Both the position numbers and the translations under genes were made by a program. The notes beneath the pieces are model-generated. The model saw only the letters and a program-made list of their open reading frames with translations, searched no databases and was not told the DNA's origin. A DNA stretch of 64,000 bases, from assembly GCF_023055435.1 (NCBI RefSeq), contig NW_025964223.1, forward strand, positions 10,044,001 through 10,108,000. The letters are read 5' to 3'. The DNA comes from Haliotis rufescens. Its lineage: Eukaryota. Position 1 is the stretch's first letter; every line of letters begins with the position of its first letter. Shown piece by piece: positions 1-13,200 of the stretch.

Positions 1-685
1 ATGAAACGTATGTAAAAACCTGTCAACGAGGGACAGTAAAACAACTAGACTTATCACAGCAATAAATTTAAAACTAGTATGTAATCATAAAATCAATAGC
101 ACTTTACATATACATTACATTTTAAAAACAAGCTATAGATCGCCAGCAACTGAAGGTAGATCACCATACTAGGGACCAAGGGGACTTACAGTACCTTTGC
201 TACCTGCATGGACCCTAGCAGGATTTACATCATCCCTTCAGTCGCTGGCGATTGTACATAATTTTAGCCACAATTAAAATGACAGAAATTCTACGTTAAA
301 AAAGCGTAGTAAATGTAAATATTCCTTGAATGACAGGGACTTATGATACCCTCTCAGGGGGACAATAATTTTACAGTACTTTAACCCCCTTCGAGGATAC
401 TGCCACTAACAATCTCAGATATAAATTCATTCTACTAGTGTTAAAAAGTTATCATACACAAAACATATTAACAAAATTTATGATACAATTCAATTTCTTT
501 TAAAAAAACAATAATTAAATGATCCTTAATAGTTTTGACCTGGAAATATTTATCCCTTGTGATGGAAAAATCAACACAGTCAAGCAATATATGCTTGACG
601 GTGATTCTTTACTCACAAGGGATGCAGAACGGATGATCCTCCCCTTTCAACAAATATTCGTGGGTGTAACGGCAATGGCCAATAC
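1..685 (-). mobile_element. 3' fragment of I/Nimb-type LINE (C-terminal cysteine motif + structured 3' UTR), runs off the window edge
   Basis: Reverse strand reads IGHCRYTHEYLLKGEDHPFCIPC..RITVKHILLDC; 3' UTR aligns with 17520-18020. Confidence 0.9.
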
Positions 686-1146
686 TAAACAGGGTAGTAT
701 TGTGCTTAGCAATTTGTACGAGTGACATACAGAGGGGTATAAACATGAGTGCTTACAGGATTCGACTCCAAAGTCAAGGTTTTGAAAAAATTTCCCGGAT
801 AAATGTATTTGTAATATAAGAAATCATACACGAGACTGAGACCGAAATTGGACTGAAATCGAACGAACTGTCTATAACCGTAAATGTTATGAAAAGTGCA
901 CTGAAACTGGAACTGATCAGTTATTGAGCTGAATCTGTAATGTTATTAGGCTGAAAGTAAAATGAATCATTGTCCTGATACTTTAAGTGGATTGAAATGT
1001 GCGTGAATCTCGACTGGGACAAGTATGATGGACAGACTGGAATTAAATAACAGACTGAATCGGATACTGAACTGAAACCGATTATAAGACTTGGACTGAT
1101 GCTGAGACTGAACATCAGTGAAGTGAAAGTTGTTAAAAATACTTAC

Positions 1147-1298
1147 GTCCCGAGCATCTCAGCTTCCTTGGTGGTTTCCGGTAACTTCTTGTTCAGCGTT
1201 TCCGGGAGAAGCAGACCGAGGAGGCCCGCCAAAATGGTGATACCGCCAAATACCAGCATGGGAAGAATCTGTCCGAAACGTCCTGATATGTACATCGT
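1147..1298 (-). CDS. SLC22 gene A exon 9 (LPMLVFG...LLPETLNKKLPET)
   Basis: 152 nt, cag| and |gtaagt. Confidence 0.92.
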
Positions 1299-4200
1299 CT
1301 GAAATTCGAAATGTGAAAGTACTTTATTTTTTATGACTACACCAACATACAAAGTGCTGGCATTGGTTTAGTATTACGCTGGAACATATGGCCTCAGTTA
1401 TTTACAAGACATAACCAGGGTCAATCAGTATTTATTCATAGATTCCCAGTTAACTTTTAGCACTGGCGGACCTCTTCGTTATCTCACAGTTTACCATAGT
1501 TGCCCAGGATATCTTGCAGTTAACCCATACGTCTTCCACTTATCTCCAGGTTGACCAATAGTTCCACAGATAATTTGTTGTTAAGCAGTAGTCACCAAGG
1601 TATCTTATAATTAACCAGTAGCTCCCACATTTGGCTTTAACCTACATTTATTTAAAGGTACATTGTTCCTCCACTTCCCTCGCATTTAACTCCACGGCGC
1701 CCAAGTTTTACTCAGTTAATCTATATCTTTTTACGTTTATATTGTGCATAACCGTAGTTATTTAACCAATAGTTACCCACATTATCTTATAGTTAACCTA
1801 TACATCACCGTTATCTTGTTGTTAACTCAAAGTTCCTAAATTAACTGATAGTTAACCCACAGCTCCCCGGTTATCTTGTAGTTTATCCACTGGCTCAGTT
1901 ATCTTATAATCAATCCATAATTTTCCCGGTCATCTTGTAGTTAGCCCATAAAGGTACCGTGTAGTGAAACAATAGCTCCCCCAGAAATCGCATAGTTTGC
2001 TCAGGTAAATTGTTACTTCATTGTTCAGCTTGTAATCTCGCCGTTTAGACATAGTTCCCCGAGATGTCGTTTAGATAACCCATAGCTCCCACGTTATCTT
2101 GTATTTTACCCATACTTCCCCAAGATATCTTGTAGAGAAGCCATGGTTCCCGCATATATCGTGTAGTTTACTCAAATATCCTTTTCTCGCACAGTTAATC
2201 TATAGCTCCAAAGTTGTCTTGTAGTTATCCTAATGGTCCCATACATATCTTGCCGTTTACCCACAGTTTTCCAAATTATCCCGAAGATAACCTATAGTTC
2301 CCCCACTTATCTTGCAGTTAACCCATGGCTCCCCCACTTTTTTGTATTTAACCAATTATTGCTCCCCCCACTTATCTTGTCTTTAACCACAGAGCTCTGA
2401 GTTATTTCGCAACCAACACATATTTCCCCCGCTATCATGTAGTTAACACATAGTCCTTCCACTTGTGCTTCGCTCCCCAACTGATCTTGTAGTTAACTCA
2501 TATTTCATCAAGTTATCTCGCGGTTAATCGGTAGTTAATCCTTTGTTCCCCAACTTAGCTTGTAGTTAGCTTTTGGTCCAGTTGATAGTTGGTCCTTAGG
2601 TGTTGTCTTGTTGATAACCCGCAGTTAACCAGTTGTCTAATAGTTAACCCAAAGCTCCAGAGTTATGCTGTAGTTAACCGACAGTTCCCCAAGTTATAGT
2701 GTTGTTAACCCATAGTGCCCTAGTTATCTGGTAGTTAATCCATAGTTCCTCCTGGTAAATTGTTAACCCATAGTTCACTGTGCTATCTGGCAGTTAACCT
2801 ATAGTGCCCCCAGGTATGTTGCAGATAGCCCATGCATAGATCCTCAATTATATTGTGATTTCCCCATTCTCCCCCCGGGTATCATGTAGTGAAGACACAG
2901 TTGCCGCAGTAATCATGTAGCTAACACATATGCCCCATGCATGTTACAGTTTGCCCAAAGATGTCCCAATGTTCTTGTAGTTAACCCATAATTCACCCAA
3001 TTACATCTCAGTTAACGCATCACTCCCCCAGTTACCTCATAGGTCCCCAAGTCGTCTCATGTCATCCAGTTGTATCAAACCCGAATTCCACTGTTCGATA
3101 TTGTATCCTCTTTGTCACAACCACTGCTGTAGTAAACCTCGCTTCCTCTTTAACGTCTCACGTTATATAGTACAGCATTTCACAATGTCATCATACTTAC
3201 CCTTTAAAAATTCGCTGTATTTTTAATTTGAGAACTAATAAAACAAGACTTGCCTGCAATCACAAGGAATTCGTAAAACTCACCAAGTCAACAATATAGG
3301 GAGAAAGAAGACTTCCAACTCTACAGCAATTGGAACTTATTGACATGCCAAATGTCCTTGATGTGGTTGGCATTAATTCAGCTGTGAAAGTGTAGACGGC
3401 ACACATGGCAGCAGCGGCACACGTGTTTCCTATAATGGCGAGGATGTTGATGGCCCATTTCTCAGCTGATGGACAGAGAGACAGAGTTTGTTCGTTGAAG
3501 GAAAGGTTTTTTTGCAAGAGTCAAAACGGAATATGTATTCTTACATGATTGTATCTAATTCATGTTCAATCTCCTCCTTTGTTTCTTTTTTTTTTATTAC
3601 GATGAATTTGATTTCATCAAATTTAGTTTTTAAACATTTTTCAAGATATATAACCGGGAGCTATGGAGTTAAGTGGGAGATTAATGGGCCGTCAACTATT
3701 GATTAACTACAAAATAACCGAAAAGCTATGGATCAACTATATATAATTCGGATTGAAATATACAGGTCTTTTCTTCATTCTACACATTCAAATAATATAA
3801 GCTTGTCAATACTTTAAGCAATTTTTATGTTACAGCAAACTACGGTTATAAGGAACGCAAAGGGACTACTTATTTCAGTTCGGTATAACCGTAGTTCGTT
3901 ATAAGCATATATACAGCATAACTACAGCAAATAGTCTGGACCAAAAAAGTAAGTTCGATATATCCGTCAGTTCGTTATAAGCGTGTTCGTTATAACCGTA
4001 GTTTACTGTACTTGTAATGGGTAAGGAGAGGTGAAACTGGGCTTACATTTTTTACCTCATATAGCGACGTGTATGTACACGAGTGTCTGCTTGATCTAGT
4101 CCGGTTTGTACTGATGCCTGTTTTATTGGCCTAGGCTACTAGTAAGTGAATGAGTTGGGTTTAACGCCGCTTTCAACAGTATTCCAGTTAAATCGCGGCG

Positions 4201-7200
4201 TGTCAGCTTAATGTGGGAGGAAAGCCCGAAGTGATGCAGGTCTCAGACGTTTACCACTTCGGTGAAACCCACGAGCACGGGTATGGTGCTGACAAACCTA
4301 GAAACATAATCGGGGCGAACCGGGATTCGAACCCACAATCATAGGTTTCTGGCGTGCCCAAGGAACGCAACTCTGCTCAGCGAATCGCGGCGCCTTAGAC
4401 TATTGGGCCACCTGTCACCAGTCACCAGTTACCTGTCATAAGTATGAATATGTTAGAATTCTAGAAATGACACATAAGATTCAGGACCAGGACGTTAGTA
4501 TACGTGTTTGTGCATTCTGAAATTGACACTTACGTGGATCTGACACTAGGACTGGAATCAAAGGAAGAATGCAAGCTACTCCTGTCAGCGACAGAGATAA
4601 AGACAGGAGCAACTTGCGGCCAATACGATCCATGAGGAAAAAACAAAAAATGTATGCAACAGCCTCTGCGATGACGAACAAGAAGAAGTTGAGGTAGATA
4701 CTTCCAGAGAGATTAGTGACGTTCATGCTGAGACCATAGAAACCCATTCCAACTGCAAACCTGAAGAGTCATTAAAAGATGGAGAAATGGCATGAAGGGA
4801 AGGACTTTAAAAAGTGACAATTGTCTCATTTCTCACTGGAATCAATTTGTAGAGAAAAGTATTACAGCGGTTGACAAATTGGTATAAAAGTTATGCGCGT
4901 CTTCGTCGACGTGCACACACCGAGAGCAACATGACTCTGCCTGAAACGTACTAAGAAAATAAGTTCATAACGACTTTTCACAATCACTAAAGTCTTCATG
5001 AACTAACAGATTATATAGAGGTACAAATTAAACATTAACAGTAATATATCTGTACATATTTCAAATGTAAATTAATGACTGAAGCGCATATGTTAGTGTG
5101 CGTCTAATCTACCAAAACCATTTTTCAAATATTGTACAATCATACTTTGGAGACCGAACTCATACCAGCTGTAGCAGATGATCACCATTCGACGCCTCAT
5201 CACTGAAGATTTCAATAATTTCCAGAATGGTTCTTGCTTTACCTTTGCCTTTTCAGTATCGACCTCATCAAGAATACCTGGATCTATTTCCACCTTGTTC
5301 TTCTTCGCAATATTTGCTACGTTCCTTTTAGCTTCTTTCTTCTTTCCATGTTTGAGAAGCCACCTTGGGGACTCTGGCAGAAAACTGTGGTTGATAAATG
5401 TGAACCTTGTTATCATACAAACATTGACGTTGGTTTCCTGTCAATCTCAAGAAGATATACTGGGCCATATGACGTGTTTATCGTATAATACTTGTACTTG
5501 TATGAAAAGCTGTTTAATGTTATGTTACAATTGAACAAATAGTTCTACGCCTTCAGCTGGTATGACAGAACTAAGTCATTAAATGAAGCAGTAAGCACAG
5601 CTTATAGTTCATGTGAAAATATAAACCTTGAAAAATAACAACCTTCAGCAAAATTATCTCGGATGCAATTCCAATTTATTATCATTATTATAATTTACAG
5701 ATTAAAATTAAAAATGCAGCAAAGAGGGTTTGGGTGATCCTGGCACAGTCAGACTGGTGAGGCTCATCATCAACTCAGAGCCATTTCCCCTTCTACACGC
5801 AGCCCAGACAGCGAATGGGACTTCTCAAACCCACCCAGAACTTTTCTGAAAATGTGAAGACTCCCTAACACTGTAGCCTTCTGCATTACCCAGATTGTCA
5901 GAAGGGCTGTATTCCTGGTAGCAAACCTGGGTACTCTCCCAATGTCAGTCAACAGATTGGGAGGTACCAAACCTAAGGCACTGAGAACAATGACTTGGTA
6001 CTTGGGATGCAAGTGTGACATTTCGAAAACGAGGTCTGCATATTTGCCATGTTATTCCCCAATCTTGTCAATCACATTAGTGTCAAAGGGGACAGAAAAT
6101 TCAATGATATGAATGATTTCATTGAATTTATCAAGAAGGCCAAGATCAGGTTTATTGGCCTGGATATGTATGAGGCTGTATACTGGTCTGTTCCTAAGGA
6201 TTTTGTATTTATAATTTTCCATGACGCCCTCTACATATTCCGGGTCGTATCATGGATGGACCTCTGTGTCAAAACCACAAACATGGCGAAGCCAAAGCTG
6301 GGCATCCACTGACAATGTGTTGGACAGTCTCATTAAATTCATTACATAATCTACATTTCATATTCACATTTTGATGCAAAATGACACATTGACGGTTTCG
6401 AGTTGGAAGTGACTGGTCCTGAGCAGCAAACAGAAAGCCTTCGGTTTCACTTTTCAGACCATACAACTTCCTCTAAGCGAAGGACGCTGCAGGATTGCTT
6501 ATCTTCTCAACACACTGCACATAAACTCGATGCAGTGGCCGTTCAGAAAGCCTCTCCTTGAAAAACTCCTTGAGTCTGGGCCGATTTGATATGGCACTTC
6601 ACTTGGTTGACACTCATTTCTGTACCGTCCAGCAGTACAAAACCATCAAGAAAATCAGCACCGACTTTGAGATTATGTCCCACATCCTTGGCTCGTTTTA
6701 GAAAACTGTGGAATGCCGTTTTCATCACGAGTCTTGACATGCTTCACAAAAGGATCATCAGACAAATAAATGGGTGCAAAAGTGCAAAAAAACAATTCTT
6801 TCATGTAGAGCCTCCACATTAATCCATCCACGCCCTCCTATCATAATTGGTAAATATAAGCGAATGAGGGAAGAGCAAGGTAGGTGGGATCTATTGTCTG
6901 ACATGATTCTTCGTGTGAGGGTGTCAACTGCCTAAATTTCTTGTTTCGTCCAATCAACAACACCAAATGAATACGAAAGGACGGGCGTATTTGTGGCTTT
7001 GACTATATTGCGAGCGTTCAGCTCTGAACTCCAGATTTTCTTTAGTCTACATTTGTACTCTGCAAGAAGTTTGCCCTTGATCTGGGCATTCTGAAGTTTG
7101 TCCCTAATCTGCATCCCTAGGTACGTATAGGCCTGACCTTCCACAAGTTGGTCAATAACTCCTCCTCCAAGTAAACTGACTGATCCTCCCTCTTCTACCG

Positions 7201-10200
7201 TGCCACGTTTCAAATGAAGAATGTTGCATTTGTCAAGTCCAAAGGACACGCCGATATCATTAGAAGAGGACTCGACAAGAAGAATCGGTTTTTTGAGTGT
7301 ACATCCTCCATTGACAATAAGTTCAAGGTCATCCACGTAAAGGAGGTGAGTAAAGGGGGTTGGGGATCTCTGCTTAGGAGGTCCCGGGTGATAACCTTCC
7401 TCTTTGCTGAGCAAAAAGCTTAAAAGATATATTATTATTATTATTATTAACAAAGGACTTGCAATAACTACACTGCCGTATCCTTATGTTATCAAATTAA
7501 CACGATTTCAAATCCAAGTCAATAAACCTACTACAGATAAGCAAAGACAACCGCAGGGACACTGACAATCAGCTGTCGAGTCTTCCAGTCCCTGATGAGA
7601 TAGGCCGTTAGAGCTGTGATCATGTTTCCCGCACTCCAGAAGAGGTTCATAGCAACACCTGCCCACATACGCTTAGAGGGACCGACTATCTCCATGCCTG
7701 TTCGTAACATAAATGGTTAGCGTTTATTGTCGGTTAAAGTACAACTACATGTAGTGTCGTCCGGACACTGGTGGCCTCATTAGTATCTGGTTTGCATCAT
7801 CTGAATTGACTTCTCTGATAAATTAAGCGAGTGAATGTCATTAACAGTCAACAACATTGACGTTTTATTATGGAGTTGGGGCTAAATCACACAATCAGGA
7901 TTTTTACTGCTGTTTTTGACAGGAACATTCCCGATTAAAATTTGTCAAAAGTCTGATCAAGATCCCGTGTTTCGTGGCGGAGAATTCACAAACAATCAGA
8001 TATTGTTCAGAAAGCGTCCCGATGCAGCCGATTCCAACCGAATTCGTCCCGGATCTCCCGTTCTAAATCCGCTTGGTAAAAAACGACCGAATCGGTCCCG
8101 ACAGCCTTCCGATTCTCCCGAATGCGATCCGACAGAGATCAGACAGTGACCGGGCAGTGAACCGACAAAGACGGTTCGCATTCGGCAACATCTGGACGCA
8201 ATTTGGACTCAATCGACAAGAAACGGCAATGAACAATTCATTCTCGTTCATCACGACAGCGTCCCGATCCACAGGACACCGTCCAGACAACACAGGACAT
8301 TCATACGATTTTGATCCGATACAGCAGAATCTGCCACGTCATAGCCCCGATTGTAGTGAGTGAGTGAGTGAGTTAATATTTAAAGTCACATCGGCAATAT
8401 TTCAGCCATATCAGCCCCGATTGTAAGCCGACAAGTTTCCCGAATGTTACGGGACGCAGAATACTGTCGGGAGTGCTTGGCCGACCTCTCTGGACCTTTC
8501 CCGATCCTTAGGACTCTGTTATGAACGTATTCCAGATCATTGAGGATAGTAATCCGGCTTTTTCACTTTTCGTGTCGTGGCGCAGTCTGATCTCAAACGG
8601 GAGCCATGATCGGCAATTTGTGAACATGACCTTCGTAAATTAATCTGGAAACAGCAAGCCATTGACCGAAATCATAAGCGAGGATCCATGCTATCGGAAC
8701 ACAATATCACAAGCCAAATCGCCGAGCATGGACACCAGATCCTCTGAAGACGGCTCTTACGAAAAGCATGGAATACCAGGCACATATTCGTCCCCGGACT
8801 GCCAGAGACTACTCTCTTAGGCCGATTATGTGCACACACGCACGCACGCACGCACGCACGCACACACACCCACACTCCTCCGGGGAATATAGAAAGAGTA
8901 CATTCAGCTGTTGGGCAAACAAAAAGAATTCTGATCTCGCACTTAAACGGACGATAAAGGTGATAGCCATATACAGTCCTTTGCCTTACCAAATACGAAG
9001 CACACGAGATATTGGCCAAGGCAGCAGGCGTTGATGGCGAAATCAAGGAAGAGGACCACAGGGGCTGAATTGGACCACACCAGACAGATGCTGAGCAATA
9101 CCATGATGAACATGTTGCAGATTATAACTGGCCTTCTTCCAAACCTGCAGAAAACACAAGATAATTTGACTCATTATTATTCATAACGGCTTACAGTCTC
9201 CAAAAGTATCATCAATGACACCCTGTAACTTCGAATTACGAAACGTTTGCTACAACAAATAACAAACCCATTATGATAAGTGGGCTCCGATAACTCTCTT
9301 TGGATAGTGATATGTTGCATATCGTTTGTTTCTTTATTTTAATTCTCTTTGGATAGTGATATGTTGCATATCGTTTGTTTGTTTGTTGTTTAAGGCGGCA
9401 CTCAGCAATATTCAAGCTACATTGTATATGACGGCGGTTTGTAAATAATCCCGTGAGTCGCCTCTTACGACAGGCATAGTCGCATTTTACGACAAGCATG
9501 GGTTGCTGAAGACCTTTTCCATCCCGGATCTTCACAGGTATGTTGCATGTCGAAAATTGATAATGGGTAAAGCCTATTTATGCTCTGTGGATGTATATAC
9601 CAAAGGTGAAATTATTTGGATATCGCCTTCTGGTCATCTTCCCGAGTCCAGTTTCCACCCTTGCCGAACTAGGCTGGAATTCCTGGGCTCGATCGTAGCG
9701 CCACCAGTGGCTATTACGAGTTATGTCCCTTCCCAGCCTCTCCCATGGACCAATCAGATTCCACTTCTCGTATCACTTGCATTCGCTTCAAACAAAATGG
9801 CTACGCCCAGTCAGGACGATCTGATCGATTATCAAAATCTTTATTGTGATAAAACGGGTCTTACATCGCGAAATACATCAAATCACGTGAGCACCTAAAC
9901 ATAAACACATTTGGAAAATATCTGTTGACAACGAGTTGACGATGCACATGCTTTGCAAATCCTGCAATCGACCGAAATCTGCTCGACAGTTTACGAACCG
10001 GATTTAGATTTCGCTGCGCGATTTTGAATGGACTATGCATGGACTCGTTAGTCCAGCCAAAATATAACTCTACAATGCCAGCCTAGTTCGGCAAGGGTGG
10101 AAACTAGACTTTTATAGTCATTTAACTCCCTTGCCTCGGGAAGATGCCCTCTGGTATATAATTTAATGTGCTCTCTTATTTCTCCAATCAACCAAGCATT

Positions 10201-13200
10201 TCCATTGTTGATGGTTCAGGAGCGAAGGATCTGGAGATTAGGTCGTACGGAAATTTGAAGTATCAACGGAAAACACAATTTGTTTGAAACTATATAATAT
10301 CAGTAAATGTCTGTGATTTTAGAGAATATGAGGATGGATTTTCTTACCTGTCCATTCACACCGGACATATAATCCGCAATTTTGCACTGATTATTATACA
10401 TACATTGCAATACCAATTGTCACTGGCTTCAAAACATAATCTCTACACTGATAATAGATTGTAAACTTCCAAAGGGGTAAAAGTTAGATTTTGTAAATGT
10501 GTAACTTTCTATTCCGTTCTATTCTATATGTCATATTGTTATATTACAATGGCGTTGCAAAAAAACACTTATTGAGGACGGGTTTTCATTAAAAGCAAAA
10601 AGAAAGAAATCCCAAAAAAATTATTCTATCGTCTGTTCTGACACAGTGGTCTGTTGTGGTACCGGGATCCCAGTTCAGAATAGGACCCGGTATTTAATGT
10701 CTGTTGTAACAGCTGCCGATGTGACGTTAAATCTTAACTCGCTCACTCACCTACATACCTACCTACCTTCCTACTCATTCCAAACATGGATTAAATCATT
10801 AGTCATGATTTCAATCACTGATTTTGTTGGTTCAGATTCGACGATATCGACCCCATGTCGCTGAAATACTGCTGACTGCAGCTGCAAACAACATTATTGC
10901 ACTCCCTCTCTCCTGTCTAATGTAGTCTGTCAAGGCTACTCACATGTCTGACAATGGACCATTAATCAGAGCGCCAACCAAATGTCCAAACATACCAAGC
11001 ATCTTGGCATGACTCGCATCGGACTTTTTCTCGCAGACAAAATCCATCTGAAAAGGATGCAGAACAATCGATCATACATATTTTTATTGGACCTATTTAA
11101 GTAATGACTGGGCTGAGTAATTACTGATACCTCGCAAACATGTAATAATATAACTATACACACTCCACAAGTCTCTTGATATTCCTGTACTAGGCAGTCA
11201 CAGTACAAATATTCTTAATAAATAAATGCCTTTAAGACTTCTTAGCATTGGTTCATGATGAAATTCCACACAAAATTTGAAACTAAATGTTATTCAATGG
11301 AAACCATTTGCATATTTGTCATGGGGAAAGTTTTGCTTATTGGTCTAACCGTCTCTGAAATCGTTGATATGAACTGTGATTGATCGTACACCCAAGCATG
11401 ACAGGGTTCTGAGACACTTCTTGTAGACGACCAAATCTTGGAGGTATTGGTTTGTACATACAGTTGGCAGCGGGAATACTTTTCTTCGCCATAGTAACCG
11501 GATGTCATTGGAATGGAACGATTTATGAGTTCTTCGTGAAAGTCATTCTGAATTTCGTAGGTGTCATTGGCAAATCCTGGAATAGCGCACCTGCCATTGG
11601 AAATAACATCATGAATATTAGGGCTCAGTCAACATAAACGTCAGCATGTGTCAATTGCGGAAATAAGATAGTTCAATCTCTTCTTACCTTTACCCACGCG
11701 ATATGGTGGTCCTTATGTTTTTTATTTTCATTTTACCAAAGTGAAGACCCCGTGAAGATCCGGGGTAGAATAGGTCTTCACCAACCCATGCTTGCTGTAA
11801 AAAGCGACTATACTTGTCGAAAGAGGCGACTAACGGGATCGGGTGGTCAGGCTCGCTGACTTGGTTGATGCATGTCATCGCATCCCAATTGTGTGGATCG
11901 ATGCTCAAAAGATCAATCAATGGATTGTCTGGGCCAGACTTGATTATTTACAAACCGCCGTCATATAGCTGGAATATTGCTGAGTATAGCAACAAACAAA
12001 CCAATATGAAGCCATCTCTCGCCCCTAAACACGAACGGATTATTCACAACTAAGCAATAGGTTATGGGTTTTCATGAATTATTTCAATGATCACAACTCA
12101 TTGCTGCATATGAATAGTAATAGTTTTCATGAAGAAACAAGCAACGTTTCAGATATCAGAAGGTTATATCCGAAATTGACAATGTTTATTTATCAATCCT
12201 AATGCAAATTGTGAAGAACTGCAAAATGCCAACCAGAAACGTAATTACATTATCATACATAAATATGTGGAATTAGATATCAGTACAATTCAAACTTGTT
12301 ATTGGGCGAAATTCACATTTAACAGAACGTGTAAAATGTGTTCTGAGACAGAGTAAGTTTTCTATTTTCAAACGTGCAGGATAATTTGTCAAATATAATA
12401 AACAGCAACTATGTGTGACATGCAGGACTTATTCATATGTGATACTTCATATACCGTATTCGACGTAATAAGCGCCAAGGGCGATCTCAAAATTAGAAAA
12501 AGGGGGCTCTTATTAGAATATTATTTTGGTGGAAAAAAGAGAGTTGAAAGATAAATTTCGTGGTTTATGCTGACACACTGAAATGTTTATATGCGACAGA
12601 TACATTTTTCCAGAATTTAATTGCCCATAATTAAGAATGCATATAACACATGAGTGCGTATTATACGCGAATGAATAAGTTTTGTGTACATTGATCAATC
12701 GGAAGGGGTGCGAATTGGGATTGTTCACTAGCCAAAATATTAGCAAATATCGCCGTGGGCGCTTAATAGAGCGGGGCGCTTATTACGTCGAATACGGTAG
12801 ATGTGACATTCAGTATAGGACATGTAGGCAAGTAGTTGTCATCTACATGGGCAGCAATTGTGCTCCCCACCTTGCTGATCTTTTTCTGTATGCATACTCG
12901 TATTTGCAAAATCAAAACAAGGGAATTTGGCCAAGAAGTTCATCTTCTACTATCATACCCACCTGAGCTAGAAATAAAAGGTACCAATGAGACCGTCTCA
13001 TCTATTTCATATTGAGATATATTCATAACGATTCAGAGAGACAAAACTATTTCTCATGAATCTGGAAAGGATTGTGTCGCTTTAATTAAGCATAAACTAA
13101 GCTGGTTGCATTTGCATATGGAAAACCCTATCACTGTTTCATATTGCTTTTGTTCAGATTACATGATGCGATTTGTTTATTTTTTAGATTCTATCAAATA

